In this document: positions 41,901 to 50,971 of the stretch, piece by piece
How positions within the stretch are numbered: position 1 is the stretch's first letter
Layout: every line of letters starts with the position of its first letter
DNA from: Gemmatimonadota bacterium
GTDB lineage: Bacteria > Gemmatimonadota > Gemmatimonadetes > Gemmatimonadales > GWC2-71-9
NCBI GenBank assembly: GCA_003220795.1
Contig: QHTK01000044.1
Coordinates: forward strand, 14,673 to 78,672
Direction: 5' to 3'
Length of the DNA stretch: 64,000 bases
Position numbers and translations under genes: made by a program
The notes under the pieces: model-generated
Seen by the model: only the letters and a program-made list of their open reading frames with translations
What the model was told of the DNA's origin: nothing
The model's database searches: none

Positions 41901-43313
41901 CTGGTGCGCGGGCGGCTCGAGGCCGTGGGCCCGACGACGGCCGGGGCGATCGCGACGGCCCTCGGCGTCCCCGCGCCCGACGTCGATTTCGCCCTCGGGG
42001 CGCTCGAGCACGAGGGCTTCGTGCTGCGGGGCCGGTTCACCCCGGGCACCACCGAGCTCGAGTGGTGCGAGCGGCGGCTGCTCGCGCGCATCCACCGCTA
42101 CACGCTCGACCGGCTGCGCAAGGAGATTGAGCCGGTCACCGCGGCTGACTTCATGCGGTTCCTGCTGCGCTGGCAGCGGGTTGCCGAGGATGCGCGTGCC
42201 GAGGGGCCGGAGGGGCTCGCCGCCGTGCTCGACCTGCTCGACGGTTTCGAGCTGCCGGCGGGCGCGTGGGAGACCGACGTCCTTCCCGCCCGCATGCGGG
42301 AGTACGACCCGCTGTGGCTCGATGGGCTCTGCCTCTCGGGGGAGGTGGCGTGGGGGAGACTCAGTCAAACGCGGAACGTGGAAGGTGGAACGCGGAACAG
42401 AAAGACCGGCCCCATTCGCACGACGCCCGTTGCGCTGTTTCGACGGGAGAGGGGAGCCATCTGGCGGTCTTTGTCCACGCCGCCTGACACGGCGGATGGA
42501 GCGTTGTCCCATACGGCGGGCGCGGTGCTGGGCGTGCTCGATGAGCGCGGGGCATCGTTCTTTGGCGATCTCGTCAACGCGACCGGCCTGCTGCGTACCG
42601 AGGTGGAAAAGGGGCTGGGCGAGCTCGTCGCGTGGGGGCTCGTCACGTCCGACAGCTTCGCCGGGTTACGCGCGCTGCTGGTGCCGTCGGACCGGCGGCG
42701 TCCGATCGGGGCGGGGACGTTTCGACGGCGCGGCCGCGTGGCACCGTTCGGCGTCGAGACGGCGGGCCGCTGGTCGCGCGTGCGGCCGGGTTCGGTGCTG
42801 CCCGAGGACCAGCTCGCCGAAGCGGTCGCCCGGCAACTGCTGCGGCGCTACGGCGTCGTGTTCCGCCGCGTGGTGACGCGCGAAGCCTTGCTGGTGCCGT
42901 GGCGCGATCTGCTGCGCGTATACCGCCGCCTCGAGGCGCGCGGCGAGATCCGCGGCGGCCGCTTCGTCGGGGGGTTTTCGGGCGAGCAGTACGCCCTCCC
43001 CGAGGCGATCGGGCTCCTCCGCCAGGTGCGCCGCCAGGAGGCGAGCGGTGCGCTCGTCACGTTGAGCGGCGCCGACCCGCTCAACCTCGTCGGCATCGTC
43101 ACGCCGGGCGACGCGGTGCCCGCCTTCGCGACCAACCGGATCCTGTACCGGGACGGCATCCCGGTGGCGGTGAAAGAGGGAGAGGGGAGAGGCGAGCGGT
43201 TCCTGCTGGACGTGGGGCCCGAGGAGGCGCAGCTGCTGCGATCCGCCCTGGTGCGGCGGCGGGTGGCCCCGCTCGTGCGGACGTATCTCGGCAAGACGAG
43301 GGCGGGGACCTAG
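38955..43313 (+). CDS. lhr: Lhr family ATP-dependent DNA helicase (full length, with C-terminal domain)
   Basis: [36 protein letters not shown]-terminal [13 protein letters not shown]. Confidence 0.92.
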   Translation: MPLSGFHPTIARWFGDRFAEPTEPQRGAWPVIQAGRNALIAAPTGSGKTFAAFLAAIDSLLRQGLEGTLRDETQVVYVSPLKALSNDVQKNLAEPLAEIRRTLEGMCLPDVEIRTVVRTGDTPAAERQAMVHRPPHILVTTPESLFLILTSERAREMLRSVRTVIVDEIHAVARDKRGSHLALSLERLEHLAGRRLQRIGLSATQKPIEDIAQFLVGANRASSPDSGAPTIIDSGHARALDLAIEILSSPLEAVMAGEVWDELYDRLAQLIGEHRTTLVFVNTRRLAERLTLHLSERLGAEHVTSHHGSLSKEKRLDAETRLKEGKLKALVATASLELGIDIGTVDLVCQIGSTRSIATLLQRVGRAGHHLQAIPKGRLFPLSRDELIECAALLRATAERRLDRLVIPDHPLDILAQQIVAAAAGDEWDEAALYDLVRGAYPYRDLSRKDFDDVVQMLAEGFTTRRGRRGAYIHYDGVNHRLRGRRGARLAAITSGGAIPDIGDYRVILEPTETFVGTLNEDFAIESMPGDIFQLGNSSYLINRIESGQVRVVDAQGQPPSIPFWLGEAPARTPELSEEVSRLRQDIADRLGDPPGAIAWLVGAVPGLPEAAARQMVEYLDAAQRILGVIPTQQTLVLERFFDEAGGMQLVLHAPFGSRVNRAWGLALRKRFCRSFNFELQAAATEDAIVLSLGPQHSFPLDDVFHYLKPDTAEHLLVQAMLDAPMFGSRWRWNATRALAVLRSRGGKKVPTPLQRMDAEDLVAAVFPDQLACPENLVGDREIPHHPLVQQTIADCLLEAMDFPGLKRVLEGMDAGRFTLVARDTPEPSPLSHEVLNAKPYAFLDDAPLEERRTQAVITRRGLDVKTADELGTLDRDAIDRVKDEAWPEVTSADELHDALLVIGAVPSAECGVRNAEWQGHFDELAGQRRAGQLMTERPLWVAAERLPMLEAVFPGAACEPALVPPERERAKSWTREDGMRELVRGRLEAVGPTTAGAIATALGVPAPDVDFALGALEHEGFVLRGRFTPGTTELEWCERRLLARIHRYTLDRLRKEIEPVTAADFMRFLLRWQRVAEDARAEGPEGLAAVLDLLDGFELPAGAWETDVLPARMREYDPLWLDGLCLSGEVAWGRLSQTRNVEGGTRNRKTGPIRTTPVALFRRERGAIWRSLSTPPDTADGALSHTAGAVLGVLDERGASFFGDLVNATGLLRTEVEKGLGELVAWGLVTSDSFAGLRALLVPSDRRRPIGAGTFRRRGRVAPFGVETAGRWSRVRPGSVLPEDQLAEAVARQLLRRYGVVFRRVVTREALLVPWRDLLRVYRRLEARGEIRGGRFVGGFSGEQYALPEAIGLLRQVRRQEASGALVTLSGADPLNLVGIVTPGDAVPAFATNRILYRDGIPVAVKEGEGRGERFLLDVGPEEAQLLRSALVRRRVAPLVRTYLGKTRAGT
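41676..41708 (+). repeat. In-frame 7-bp GCGGAAT tandem array within lhr
   Basis: AGTGCGGAATGCGGAGTGCGGAATGCGGAATGG, identical to 48282-48314, encodes [11 protein letters not shown]. Confidence 0.85.
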
Positions 43314-43318
43314 GGTCG

Positions 43319-43825
43319 TCACGTCGATCGGCGCGAGCCGAATCGGCGCCACGCGTGATTCGCCAGCCGGCGCAGCGTCCCCTGGCGCTGCGAGAGAGTG
43401 GATGCTTTCAGACGCACGTCCGCCAGCACCCGGTCGAAGCCCGCCGCCCGATCGGCACGGTTGCGCACCCAGGCGAGCCCCCCGAACAATCGCACCGCCC
43501 CATACAGCACGTACTTGACCGGCGCGCTCACGGCGAGCACGCCCATCGCTTCGAGGAAGATCGCGTCGGCCTGGCGCCGCGGCCGGGTCTGTGTCCAGTA
43601 CAGCCAGTCGTGAATGACGCTCGCGTTGCCGTAGCGCCCCCACTTCGGCAGGATCACCCAGAAGGGTCGGGGGATGGTGGCGAAGTCGGTCTGGAAGCCG
43701 ATCGCCACCTCGATGTGGTCGCCGCTGCCCTCCGAGCCGACGTCGTAACCGAACGCGCGCACGATCACCCAGGTGGTGCCGTCGGCGAGCGGCGTCACCA
43801 CGAGCGCGTCGGTGAAGCAGCTCAC
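43319..43825 (-). CDS. DUF1353 domain protein
   Basis: GFQTDFATIPR, ASVIHDWLY, ADAIFLEAM, AVRLFG. The GTG overlaps the msrA stop. Confidence 0.8.
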   Translation of the reverse strand: MSCFTDALVVTPLADGTTWVIVRAFGYDVGSEGSGDHIEVAIGFQTDFATIPRPFWVILPKWGRYGNASVIHDWLYWTQTRPRRQADAIFLEAMGVLAVSAPVKYVLYGAVRLFGGLAWVRNRADRAAGFDRVLADVRLKASTLSQRQGTLRRLANHAWRRFGSRRST

Positions 43826-44376
43826 GCCGGCTGTTTCAACTTGTCCAGAAAGAGCTTCCGGACCTTCGCCACCTTGGGCGCGATCACCGCGCTGCAGTAC
43901 CCCTGGTTCGGGTTGCGACGGAAGTAGTCGCGGTGGTACTCCTCGGCCGGATAGAACGACTCGAGCGGCTTGAGCTCCGTGACGATGGCGTCGTCCCACA
44001 CGTGCTCGCGTTGCAGCTCCGCGATCACCCGCTCGGCCGCGGCCCGCTGCTCGGGTGTGTGATAATAGATCGCGGAGCGATACTGGGTCCCGACATCCGC
44101 CCCCTGCCGGTTCAGGGTCGTCGGGTCGTGGATCGTGAAGAAGACATGCAGCAAGTCGTCGAACGAGACGACCCGGGGATCGAACGTGATCTGCACGACC
44201 TCGGCGTGGCCGGTGGTCCCCGTGCACACCTGCTCGTATGACGGGTTCGCCACGCGACCGCCCGCGTATCCGGACTGGACGCGCTCGACGCCCCTCAGAT
44301 CCTGGAACGCCGCTTCGAGGCACCAGAAACAGCCGCCGGCGAGGGTGGCGACTTCGCGCTGGGGAGTGGCAGTCAC
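43822..44376 (-). CDS. msrA: Peptide-methionine (S)-S-oxide reductase
   Basis: GGCFWC, GYAGG, TGHAEVV, QYRSAIY, AEEYH. Confidence 0.96.
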   Translation of the reverse strand: MTATPQREVATLAGGCFWCLEAAFQDLRGVERVQSGYAGGRVANPSYEQVCTGTTGHAEVVQITFDPRVVSFDDLLHVFFTIHDPTTLNRQGADVGTQYRSAIYYHTPEQRAAAERVIAELQREHVWDDAIVTELKPLESFYPAEEYHRDYFRRNPNQGYCSAVIAPKVAKVRKLFLDKLKQPA

Positions 44377-44455
44377 GAACAAGGTCCTTTCGAAGGCGTG
44401 CGCCGAATGATAATCGTGATACGCGCCGGATGGTTCCCCCGCCGGCTCGTGGCGC

Positions 44456-44944
44456 TCAAAACGCCCACCCGGCAAGGAAGCGCAACGTTATGCCGCCGCC
44501 ATGGCCGCCCGGGGTCTCGCCGCCGATCGTCCCGACGACGCCACACCCAAAGTCGAAGAAAAGCCCCGGCCTCGTGTCGGGCCACAGCTCCGATCCCAGC
44601 AGCGCGGCCCATTCCACGCGTGCGACGCCCGGTTCGTTGCGGCCGAAGAGGCGGGCGAGACCGACGCTGAGGTAGAGCAAGGGCTCGTGGTCCGCGCGCC
44701 GCGGCAGGAATGGATCGGGCAGTTGAACCTGGGCGTGGGCGCCCACGCCGCCGCCCCCGAGCGCGACGCCGAGGCCGATGGGAGCATCCGGCAAGCGGTG
44801 CAGCAGCGCGAGCGCAGTCCCGTAGCCGGTGACGTCGGACCAGCCGAACGCAAAGGCGGTATGAGTGGGTCGGAGATCCCCGAGCTGGGCAGCGACGGGA
44901 TGGATGGAGGTGAGGGCGAGCGCGACAGTCCAGAGTGCCCGCAT
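44456..44944 (-). CDS. Hypothetical secreted/outer-membrane protein
   Basis: Signal peptide and C-terminal aromatic LAGWAF. Confidence 0.55.
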   Translation of the reverse strand: MRALWTVALALTSIHPVAAQLGDLRPTHTAFAFGWSDVTGYGTALALLHRLPDAPIGLGVALGGGGVGAHAQVQLPDPFLPRRADHEPLLYLSVGLARLFGRNEPGVARVEWAALLGSELWPDTRPGLFFDFGCGVVGTIGGETPGGHGGGITLRFLAGWAF

Positions 44945-44953
44945 GGGGTAATC

Positions 44954-47900
44954 TTACCCCCAATCTTTCGACTCGGGCGCGACACGGCGCATGGACTTGA
45001 GGAATGCCATTGCGGATTGCGGATTGTGGATTGCGGATTCGACGGGCGGGTCTTCAAATCCGCAATGCAGTCCTTTCGCTTCCTCCGCCAGCACGTTCAC
45101 CGTCCCATCGTCTTTCGCGAGCTTACCCCGCACCCATAGGAGCGGCTCGCCGCGGATCGCCGTGCGGTGCTCCCGGTATACATCGGGCCGCACGATCACG
45201 TTCACCATCCCCGCTACGTCCTCGACCAGCACGAAGACGAATCCCTTGGCGGTCTCTGGGCGCTGGCGCGCGACGACCAGGCCCGCCACCTCGACTCTCG
45301 CCCCGTGCTCGAGCCGGGGAAGCGCGTCGCTCTGCACCACTCCGGGCGGCAGCACGTCGCGCAGGAGCGCGAGCGGATGGCCGCTCGCCGCGAACCCCAG
45401 CACCGCGTACTCGGCGAGCAGCCGCTCGTCCGCCGCGAGACCGCCGAAGCGCAGTCGCTCGAACGGGTGGTCGAGAGCGAGCTCGAGCTGGCGCCGGCCG
45501 CGTGCCTCGCCGCCCTGCTCCGCTTCGGGCGGGAGCCACAGCCCCACTTGCCACAACAGCTCGCGCCGCGTCAGGCCGAAGCCGTCGCACCCGCCGACCC
45601 ACACCAGGTGCTCGATCGCGCTGCGCTTGAGCTTGGGGGGAGCCCGCCTCACGAAATCACCGACGCTCCGGAACGGGCCGCGCGCGCGCTCGTCCACGAC
45701 CGCGGTCGCCGTCTCCTCGCTCCAATCCCGGATGAACCCGAGCCCTACTCGCACGGCATCTGCTCCCCTTCCCCCTTCCCCGGCCTTCAACCGGCCTTTT
45801 CCCCCTTCCACCGTGCACCACACGTCGCTCAGGTTCACATCGGGGAGCCGGATCTCGACCTCGTTGCGTTTGGCGTCCCGCCCCAGCGCGTCGAGCGAGT
45901 AGAACCCCATCGGCTGATTGTTGAAGAGCGCGCAGTAGTACTCGGCCGGGTGATAATGCCTGAGCCACGCCGACTGGTAGGCGAGCAGCCCGAACGCCGC
46001 GGCGTGCGACTTGGGGAACCCGAACTCCGAGAACGCGATCACCTGGGTGAAGACGCGTTCGGCGACCGGCTCGGGGACGCCGCGCGCCGCCGCCCCCTCA
46101 CGGAACTCGTCCCAGAATCCCGCCATCAGCTCGCGGCTACGCCGGCGGCTCATGGCGCGTCGCAGCGCCTCCGCCTGCCCCGGCGTGAACCCCGCGAGCG
46201 CCTGGCACACCTGGAGCACCTGGTCCTGATAGAGGATCACCCCCAGGGTCTCCGCGAGCGCGTCTTTCAGGAGCGGGTGGTCCACCGGTGGCTCGTAGCG
46301 GCGGCCGCGGGCCCGGGCGCGGCGCTCGTCCTCGCGCCGCCGCACGTAGGGATTCACCGCGCCGCCCACGATGGGGCCGGGCCGCACGATCGCCACTTCG
46401 ACCGCGAGATCCTCGAGATTGCGCGGCCGGGTGCGGCGCAGCATCTGGATCTGCGCCCTGCTCTCGATCTGGAACAGCCCCACGGTGTCGCCGCGGCAGA
46501 TGCGGTCGTACACCGCCTGGTCGGCGAAGTCGATGCGCGACAGATCGGGCGGCGCCCCCTGGCGCGTCGCGATCAGCTCGACGCTCTCCTCGACCAGCGA
46601 CAGCATGCCGAGCGCCAGGAAGTCGATCTTCACGAAGCGCGCGTCGTCGCAGGAGTCCTTGTCCCACTGGCACACGACGCGGTCTTCCATCGCCGCCCGC
46701 TCGAGCGGCACGACTTCGACGAGCGGCCGGCTCGAGATGATCATCCCGCCGACGTGCTGCGACACGTGGCGCGGCAGCCCGGCGATTTCCTCGGCTAGCT
46801 CGCACAGCTCCTTCCAGAGCGGGGCGGCGCGCCGCCCCGCGAAGCCGGGCAGCTGATCCAGCTCGTCCGCCAGCTCCCCCGACCGCCGGTCCGCCAGCTT
46901 GGCGACTTGCTCGATCTCTCCCAACGGCAGATCGAGCGCCTTGCCGATCTCGCGCACCGCGGAGCGGAGCCGGTAGGTGGGGAAGGCGCAGACCAGCCCC
47001 ACGTGCTCGTCGCCGTAGCGCTTGTAGACCCGCCGGATCAGCTCCTCGCGGATCTCGCGCGGGAAGTCGAGGTCGATGTCGGGTACCGATGCGAGGCTCT
47101 CGTTCAGGAACCTGCCCAGGAACAGGCGGTTGGCGATCGGGTCGATGTGCGACAGGCCGAGCAGGTAGCAGACGATGGACGACACCGACGAGCCGCGCCC
47201 GCGGCCGGGGAGCAGGTTTCCGAGGGCCCGCCGGGTGCCCCGGCGCACGTCGGCCGCCACCTCGCGTGCCAGGTCGAACAGGTCGTGATAGACCAGGAAG
47301 AACCCACTGAGTCGATGGTGTTCGATTAGTGTCAGCTCTTCCGCGAGCCGCCGCTCCGCCTCGCCCCGGGGCTCGGAGCCCGCCGGATAGCGCTCGTCGA
47401 GGCGGGCACGGCACAGCTCGGCGAGCGCCTGCGGGGCGGGCGACCGGTCGGCCCCGCGGAAGTCCGGAAAGCCGTAACCCAGGTCCCGGGTGAGGTCGAA
47501 CGCCCGGCAGCGCTCGGCGAGCGCGAGCGTGTTGGCGACAGCATCGGGACAGTCCGCGAACAGTTCGGCGACTTCCGCGGGCGGCCGCAGGTAGAACTCG
47601 CTGTTCGGCCGCCGCACACCGTGCGACCCGTCGAGGGTGGTGCGGTGGCGGATCGCTGTGAGCACGTCGTGCAGCCGGTGGCGGGCGCGGACGTGATAAT
47701 GCACGTTGCCGGACGCCACAACGCCAAGCCGCGCGGCGTCCGCCACATCCATCAGGGAGCGTGTCAGGGCCCGATCGCCCCGCACGTAGTTGCGCTGCAG
47801 CTCGACGTAGAACCGCTCGGCGCCGAACACGGCGCGACAGCGTTCGGCGAACGCTCGGGCGGCGGTCACGCCTTCGTGCATCAGGATCCGCGGCAGCAGG

Positions 47901-48280
47901 CCCGTGCGGCAGCCGGACAGCACGATGAGCCCGGCGTGGCGCGCCTCGAGCGACGCGAAGTCGAGCCGCGGATCGCGCCGGTCGGCGCTACCGAGATGCG
48001 CCTCGGTGATCAGCCGGCACAGGTTCGCGTATCCGTCGGGCGTCTCGGCGAGCAGCGTCACGTGGGAGCCGTCGCGCAGCGTCAGCTCCGCGCCGGTGAT
48101 CGCCTGGAGGCCGAGCTGCTTCGCTTCGTGCGCGAACGCCAGCGAGCCGTACAGGCCGTTGTGGTCGGTGAGCGCCAGCCCTGCGTAGCCGAGCTGCGAC
48201 GCCGTGAGCGCGAGCTGCTCGGGGAGAGATGCACCGTCGAGGAAAGAAAACGCCGAGTGGCAGTGGAGCTCGATATACAT
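44954..48280 (-). CDS. dnaE2: Error-prone DNA polymerase III alpha (DnaE2/ImuC)
   Basis: PHP domain YIELHCHSAFSFLDGAS, GRGS, PDIDLD, KIDFLALGML, QIESRAQ, GFPKSHAAAF, OB fold RQRPETAKG. Confidence 0.93.
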   Translation of the reverse strand: MYIELHCHSAFSFLDGASLPEQLALTASQLGYAGLALTDHNGLYGSLAFAHEAKQLGLQAITGAELTLRDGSHVTLLAETPDGYANLCRLITEAHLGSADRRDPRLDFASLEARHAGLIVLSGCRTGLLPRILMHEGVTAARAFAERCRAVFGAERFYVELQRNYVRGDRALTRSLMDVADAARLGVVASGNVHYHVRARHRLHDVLTAIRHRTTLDGSHGVRRPNSEFYLRPPAEVAELFADCPDAVANTLALAERCRAFDLTRDLGYGFPDFRGADRSPAPQALAELCRARLDERYPAGSEPRGEAERRLAEELTLIEHHRLSGFFLVYHDLFDLAREVAADVRRGTRRALGNLLPGRGRGSSVSSIVCYLLGLSHIDPIANRLFLGRFLNESLASVPDIDLDFPREIREELIRRVYKRYGDEHVGLVCAFPTYRLRSAVREIGKALDLPLGEIEQVAKLADRRSGELADELDQLPGFAGRRAAPLWKELCELAEEIAGLPRHVSQHVGGMIISSRPLVEVVPLERAAMEDRVVCQWDKDSCDDARFVKIDFLALGMLSLVEESVELIATRQGAPPDLSRIDFADQAVYDRICRGDTVGLFQIESRAQIQMLRRTRPRNLEDLAVEVAIVRPGPIVGGAVNPYVRRREDERRARARGRRYEPPVDHPLLKDALAETLGVILYQDQVLQVCQALAGFTPGQAEALRRAMSRRRSRELMAGFWDEFREGAAARGVPEPVAERVFTQVIAFSEFGFPKSHAAAFGLLAYQSAWLRHYHPAEYYCALFNNQPMGFYSLDALGRDAKRNEVEIRLPDVNLSDVWCTVEGGKGRLKAGEGGRGADAVRVGLGFIRDWSEETATAVVDERARGPFRSVGDFVRRAPPKLKRSAIEHLVWVGGCDGFGLTRRELLWQVGLWLPPEAEQGGEARGRRQLELALDHPFERLRFGGLAADERLLAEYAVLGFAASGHPLALLRDVLPPGVVQSDALPRLEHGARVEVAGLVVARQRPETAKGFVFVLVEDVAGMVNVIVRPDVYREHRTAIRGEPLLWVRGKLAKDDGTVNVLAEEAKGLHCGFEDPPVESAIHNPQSAMAFLKSMRRVAPESKDWG
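45008..45067. repeat. In-frame GCGGATT heptamer array with inverted partner, in the dnaE2 C-terminus
   Basis: CATTGCGGATTGCGGATTGTGGATTGCGGATT and AATCCGCAATG, encodes SAIHNPQSAM. Confidence 0.75.
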
Positions 48281-48281
48281 A

Positions 48282-48631
48282 AGTGCGGAATGCGGAGTGC
48301 GGAATGCGGAATGGATGCGCGTGCTTCGATGCCGCGTTCCGGCAACCGTGTTCGCTAAGGCTTTTGTAAGAACCACTCCTGTGTCACGTGATCAACGAAT
48401 AACACTGCCCGTTGCCCACCCTCCAGAAGCACTTCGTAGTACGTCCGCGTGATCGGATCCCTCCACCACTCATCATCGATCCGCCATGTCTCCCGGACAG
48501 CCTCGATCGGCCCCACTCCGGTTCGCGAGGGCAATCCACATGCATCGAGTTCTACCTGCACGCGTTGTGGAACGTTGAGGGCTCGAAGTCGGTCAGTTCC
48601 ATTCCGCATTCCGCACTCCGCATTCCGCACT
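48282..48631. repeat. Perfect 34-bp inverted repeats (48282-48315, 48598-48631) made of GCGGAAT units
   Basis: AGTGCGGAATGCGGAGTGCGGAATGCGGAATGGA and its exact reverse complement. Confidence 0.9.
48355..48630 (-). CDS. Small DUF6504-like protein of the imuB-dnaE2 cassette
   Basis: ETWRIDDEWWR..I.RTYYEV...W motif and position between imuB and dnaE2. Confidence 0.75.
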   Translation of the reverse strand: MRNAECGMRNGTDRLRALNVPQRVQVELDACGLPSRTGVGPIEAVRETWRIDDEWWRDPITRTYYEVLLEGGQRAVLFVDHVTQEWFLQKP

Positions 48632-49931
48632 AGGTTTCATACTCGATCAACGCGTACCGCCGCTCCGGGAGCCGCGACCACGGCTGTACCTCGATGATGC
48701 GGTAGAGCAGCGTGCGCTTGAGCCGGAGCCGGATCTCCTGCAGGGCGGTGCGGAGGGCGCGCCGCCGGCCGGCCCGCGCAGCCGCGTTCGCGTCGCGGGC
48801 GAAGAGTTGCAGCTCGGCGGTGCCCGGCGCGAAGGCGGTGAACTCGACGGCGAGCCGCTCCACCGCGCCCGCGGGTGGCGCCTGCTCGAGCCGGGTCCGG
48901 AGCGGCGCGGCGATGCGATCCCGGTCGGCGGTCGGATCCTTCAGGGTCGCTGCGATCATCCACGATGCCCCATGCTCGAGCTCAGCACGGACGCGCACTA
49001 CCTGCACCCGCCAGCCGATGCGACGGGGATGCTGGAGCGCGCGCTCGATCAGCCGGTCCAGCGCGTGTGCGAGCATCGCGCGATCGACGACGGGAGAGAA
49101 AAACGCGAGCGCGGCGACGATCGGCTCGGGCGCTTCGCGGCCCACGACCCGCTCGACCACCTCCCCCGCCGCGAGCCGCCACATGCGGCGGCCGGCCGCG
49201 CCGAACTGCGAGACGACCGCTTCCTGCGGCAGCGCGGCGAGCCGGCCGAGGGTGGTGAGCCCGAGCTGGCGGAGCCGGCGGTGCGTGTCGGGATCGAGCG
49301 AGAGGGCGGCGAGCGGTTGGGAGGAGAGAAATGCCCCCTCCTCCCCCGGCTGTACGATCACGGCTTCCCCCGGGCGCGCGCGTGTGGCGGCGACCCAGGA
49401 GACGAACTTGCCGCGGCCCCACCCAACGCGGAGTGCGGAATGCGGAATGCGGAATGCGGAGTGTAAGTGCGAGTCTCGTGTGGCGAACGACCCTTCACTG
49501 AAATTCCGCATTCCGCATTCCGCACTCCGCATTTGTATGATTTCGACGATCTGCTGTGGCGAACCGTATAACTTTTCCAAGCCGTCAGTTCCTACGTATG
49601 CCCGCCCCAGCTCCGCCGGCTCCACCACCGGGCTCACCTCGCTCAGCGCTGCCAGCAGTCGCGCGAACTGCTCGTCGTAATGGACCGGGTCGGGCTCACA
49701 CAGCCGCAGCGACGAGCAGAGACCGATCGCCTGGCTGACCGTCATTCCCGGCTTTACTCCCGCGCGGTGAGCGAGTGGCGAGACCTGCCAGATCCGGCGG
49801 GTGGTGTCGGGGGCGAGTAAGGCGCACGGCTGGGACGCGAGCTCGGGTCGCCGCGCCTCTTCGCAGCGCAGGGCGAAGAGGGGGATCCAGCAGCAGGCGG
49901 CGGTCGAGCTCGCGAGATGATTGTGCGGCAT
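48630..49931 (-). CDS. imuB: ImuB-like catalytically inactive Y-family polymerase
   Basis: AGVKPGMTVSQA IMS motif. Catalytic acidic residues replaced (CCWIPLF; ELGRAY). LRQLGLTTLG HhH and ELQLF. Confidence 0.85.
   Translation of the reverse strand: MPHNHLASSTAACCWIPLFALRCEEARRPELASQPCALLAPDTTRRIWQVSPLAHRAGVKPGMTVSQAIGLCSSLRLCEPDPVHYDEQFARLLAALSEVSPVVEPAELGRAYVGTDGLEKLYGSPQQIVEIIQMRSAECGMRNFSEGSFATRDSHLHSAFRIPHSALRVGWGRGKFVSWVAATRARPGEAVIVQPGEEGAFLSSQPLAALSLDPDTHRRLRQLGLTTLGRLAALPQEAVVSQFGAAGRRMWRLAAGEVVERVVGREAPEPIVAALAFFSPVVDRAMLAHALDRLIERALQHPRRIGWRVQVVRVRAELEHGASWMIAATLKDPTADRDRIAAPLRTRLEQAPPAGAVERLAVEFTAFAPGTAELQLFARDANAAARAGRRRALRTALQEIRLRLKRTLLYRIIEVQPWSRLPERRYALIEYET
49428..49532. repeat. 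Inverted pair of GCGGAAT arrays in frame inside imuB
   Basis: 49428-49463 and 49503-49532, encode RSAECGMRN...HSAFRIPHSALR. Confidence 0.85.
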
Positions 49932-49946
49932 GCGGTGTTTTCAGGG

Positions 49947-49965
49947 ACCCGAATATATCCCGAAG
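49947..49965 (-). promoter_or_regulatory. Putative SOS-like operator overlapping a TATATT -10, upstream of imuB
   Basis: CTTCGGGATATATTCGGGT on the minus strand, identical copy at 54619-54637. Confidence 0.75.
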
Positions 49966-50026
49966 ATCGCAGGGGTCGCAAGGCTGGTTCCTGAGCAGAT
50001 AAACCATTGATATATTTCGACTTCTA

Positions 50027-50971
50027 ATGACCAGTCGTAACCAACCGAGTCTGTTCGAAGACATCGCCTCGCTCCCGCCACCTCCGCAGGAGCTCGTCGC
50101 GCTCGGCCGCCACATTCCTCCGTCCATTCGGTTTGGCACTTCGACCTGGACCTACGACGGCTGGGCGGGCGACGTCTATCATCGGAGCTACCGGGGAGCG
50201 CAGCCGGCACGCCGGCTCGAGGAGTACGCGCGCTACCCGTTGTTCCAGACGGTGGGGATCGACAGCGCGTACTACGAGCCACCCGAAGAACCGGTGCTCG
50301 CCGCGTACGCGAAGGCCTTACCGCCGGGCTTCCCCTGTGTCAGCAAGGTGTGGGATCGCATCACCGCGCGGCGGCTCGAGAGTGAGCGGAACCCCGATTT
50401 CCTGAACGCGGATCTCTTCAAGGATGCGGTGCTGGGGCCCTACCAGCGCGCCTTCTCGGACCACGCGGGGTGTTTCGTGTTCGAGTTCCAGCCGATGCGC
50501 GGCAAGGACCTCCCCGATCCCGCGCGTTGGCCGGACGACCTCGACGACTTCCTGCGACAGCTGCCGCGCGATGTCCGCTATGCGGTCGAATTGCGGAACC
50601 GCGAGCTGCTGAGCGACGGGCACGGCGCCGTCCTGGCGCGCCATGGGGTGGCGCACGTCTTCAATTCTTGGACCGAGATGCCCACCATCGGCGAGCAGCT
50701 CGAGCTGCCGTGGACCTTTCCGGCGCCCTTCACCGTCGCGCGGGCATTGCTCCGACCGGGACGCCGCTACGCCGACGCGGTGAAGCTGTTCGAGCCGTAC
50801 GATCGGATTCGCGATCCGCAGCCCGAGCTGCGGCAGGACCTGCTGCGGCTGGTCGCCGAGGCGCTCAGGCGACGGGTGGAGGCGTTGATCCTCGTCAACA
50901 ACCGGCTCGAGGGAAATGCGCCGGGGACGATCCGCGCGCTGGTCGACGCATTGACCGGGGAGCGGTCGTGA
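50027..50971 (+). CDS. DUF72 (YecE-like) protein 1
   Basis: FGTSTWTYDGW, TVGIDSAYY, YAVELRN, NNRLEGNAP. Confidence 0.9.
   Translation: MTSRNQPSLFEDIASLPPPPQELVALGRHIPPSIRFGTSTWTYDGWAGDVYHRSYRGAQPARRLEEYARYPLFQTVGIDSAYYEPPEEPVLAAYAKALPPGFPCVSKVWDRITARRLESERNPDFLNADLFKDAVLGPYQRAFSDHAGCFVFEFQPMRGKDLPDPARWPDDLDDFLRQLPRDVRYAVELRNRELLSDGHGAVLARHGVAHVFNSWTEMPTIGEQLELPWTFPAPFTVARALLRPGRRYADAVKLFEPYDRIRDPQPELRQDLLRLVAEALRRRVEALILVNNRLEGNAPGTIRALVDALTGERS

Noticed and set aside
44401-44420. CCGAATGATAATCGTG upstream of msrA as a fourth SOS-like box
   Set aside because: Only one half-site matches.
48282-48631. Inverted-repeat-bounded segment as an IS or MITE
   Set aside because: No transposase or target-site duplication, and the enclosed gene fits the cassette. 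Kept as a repeat only.
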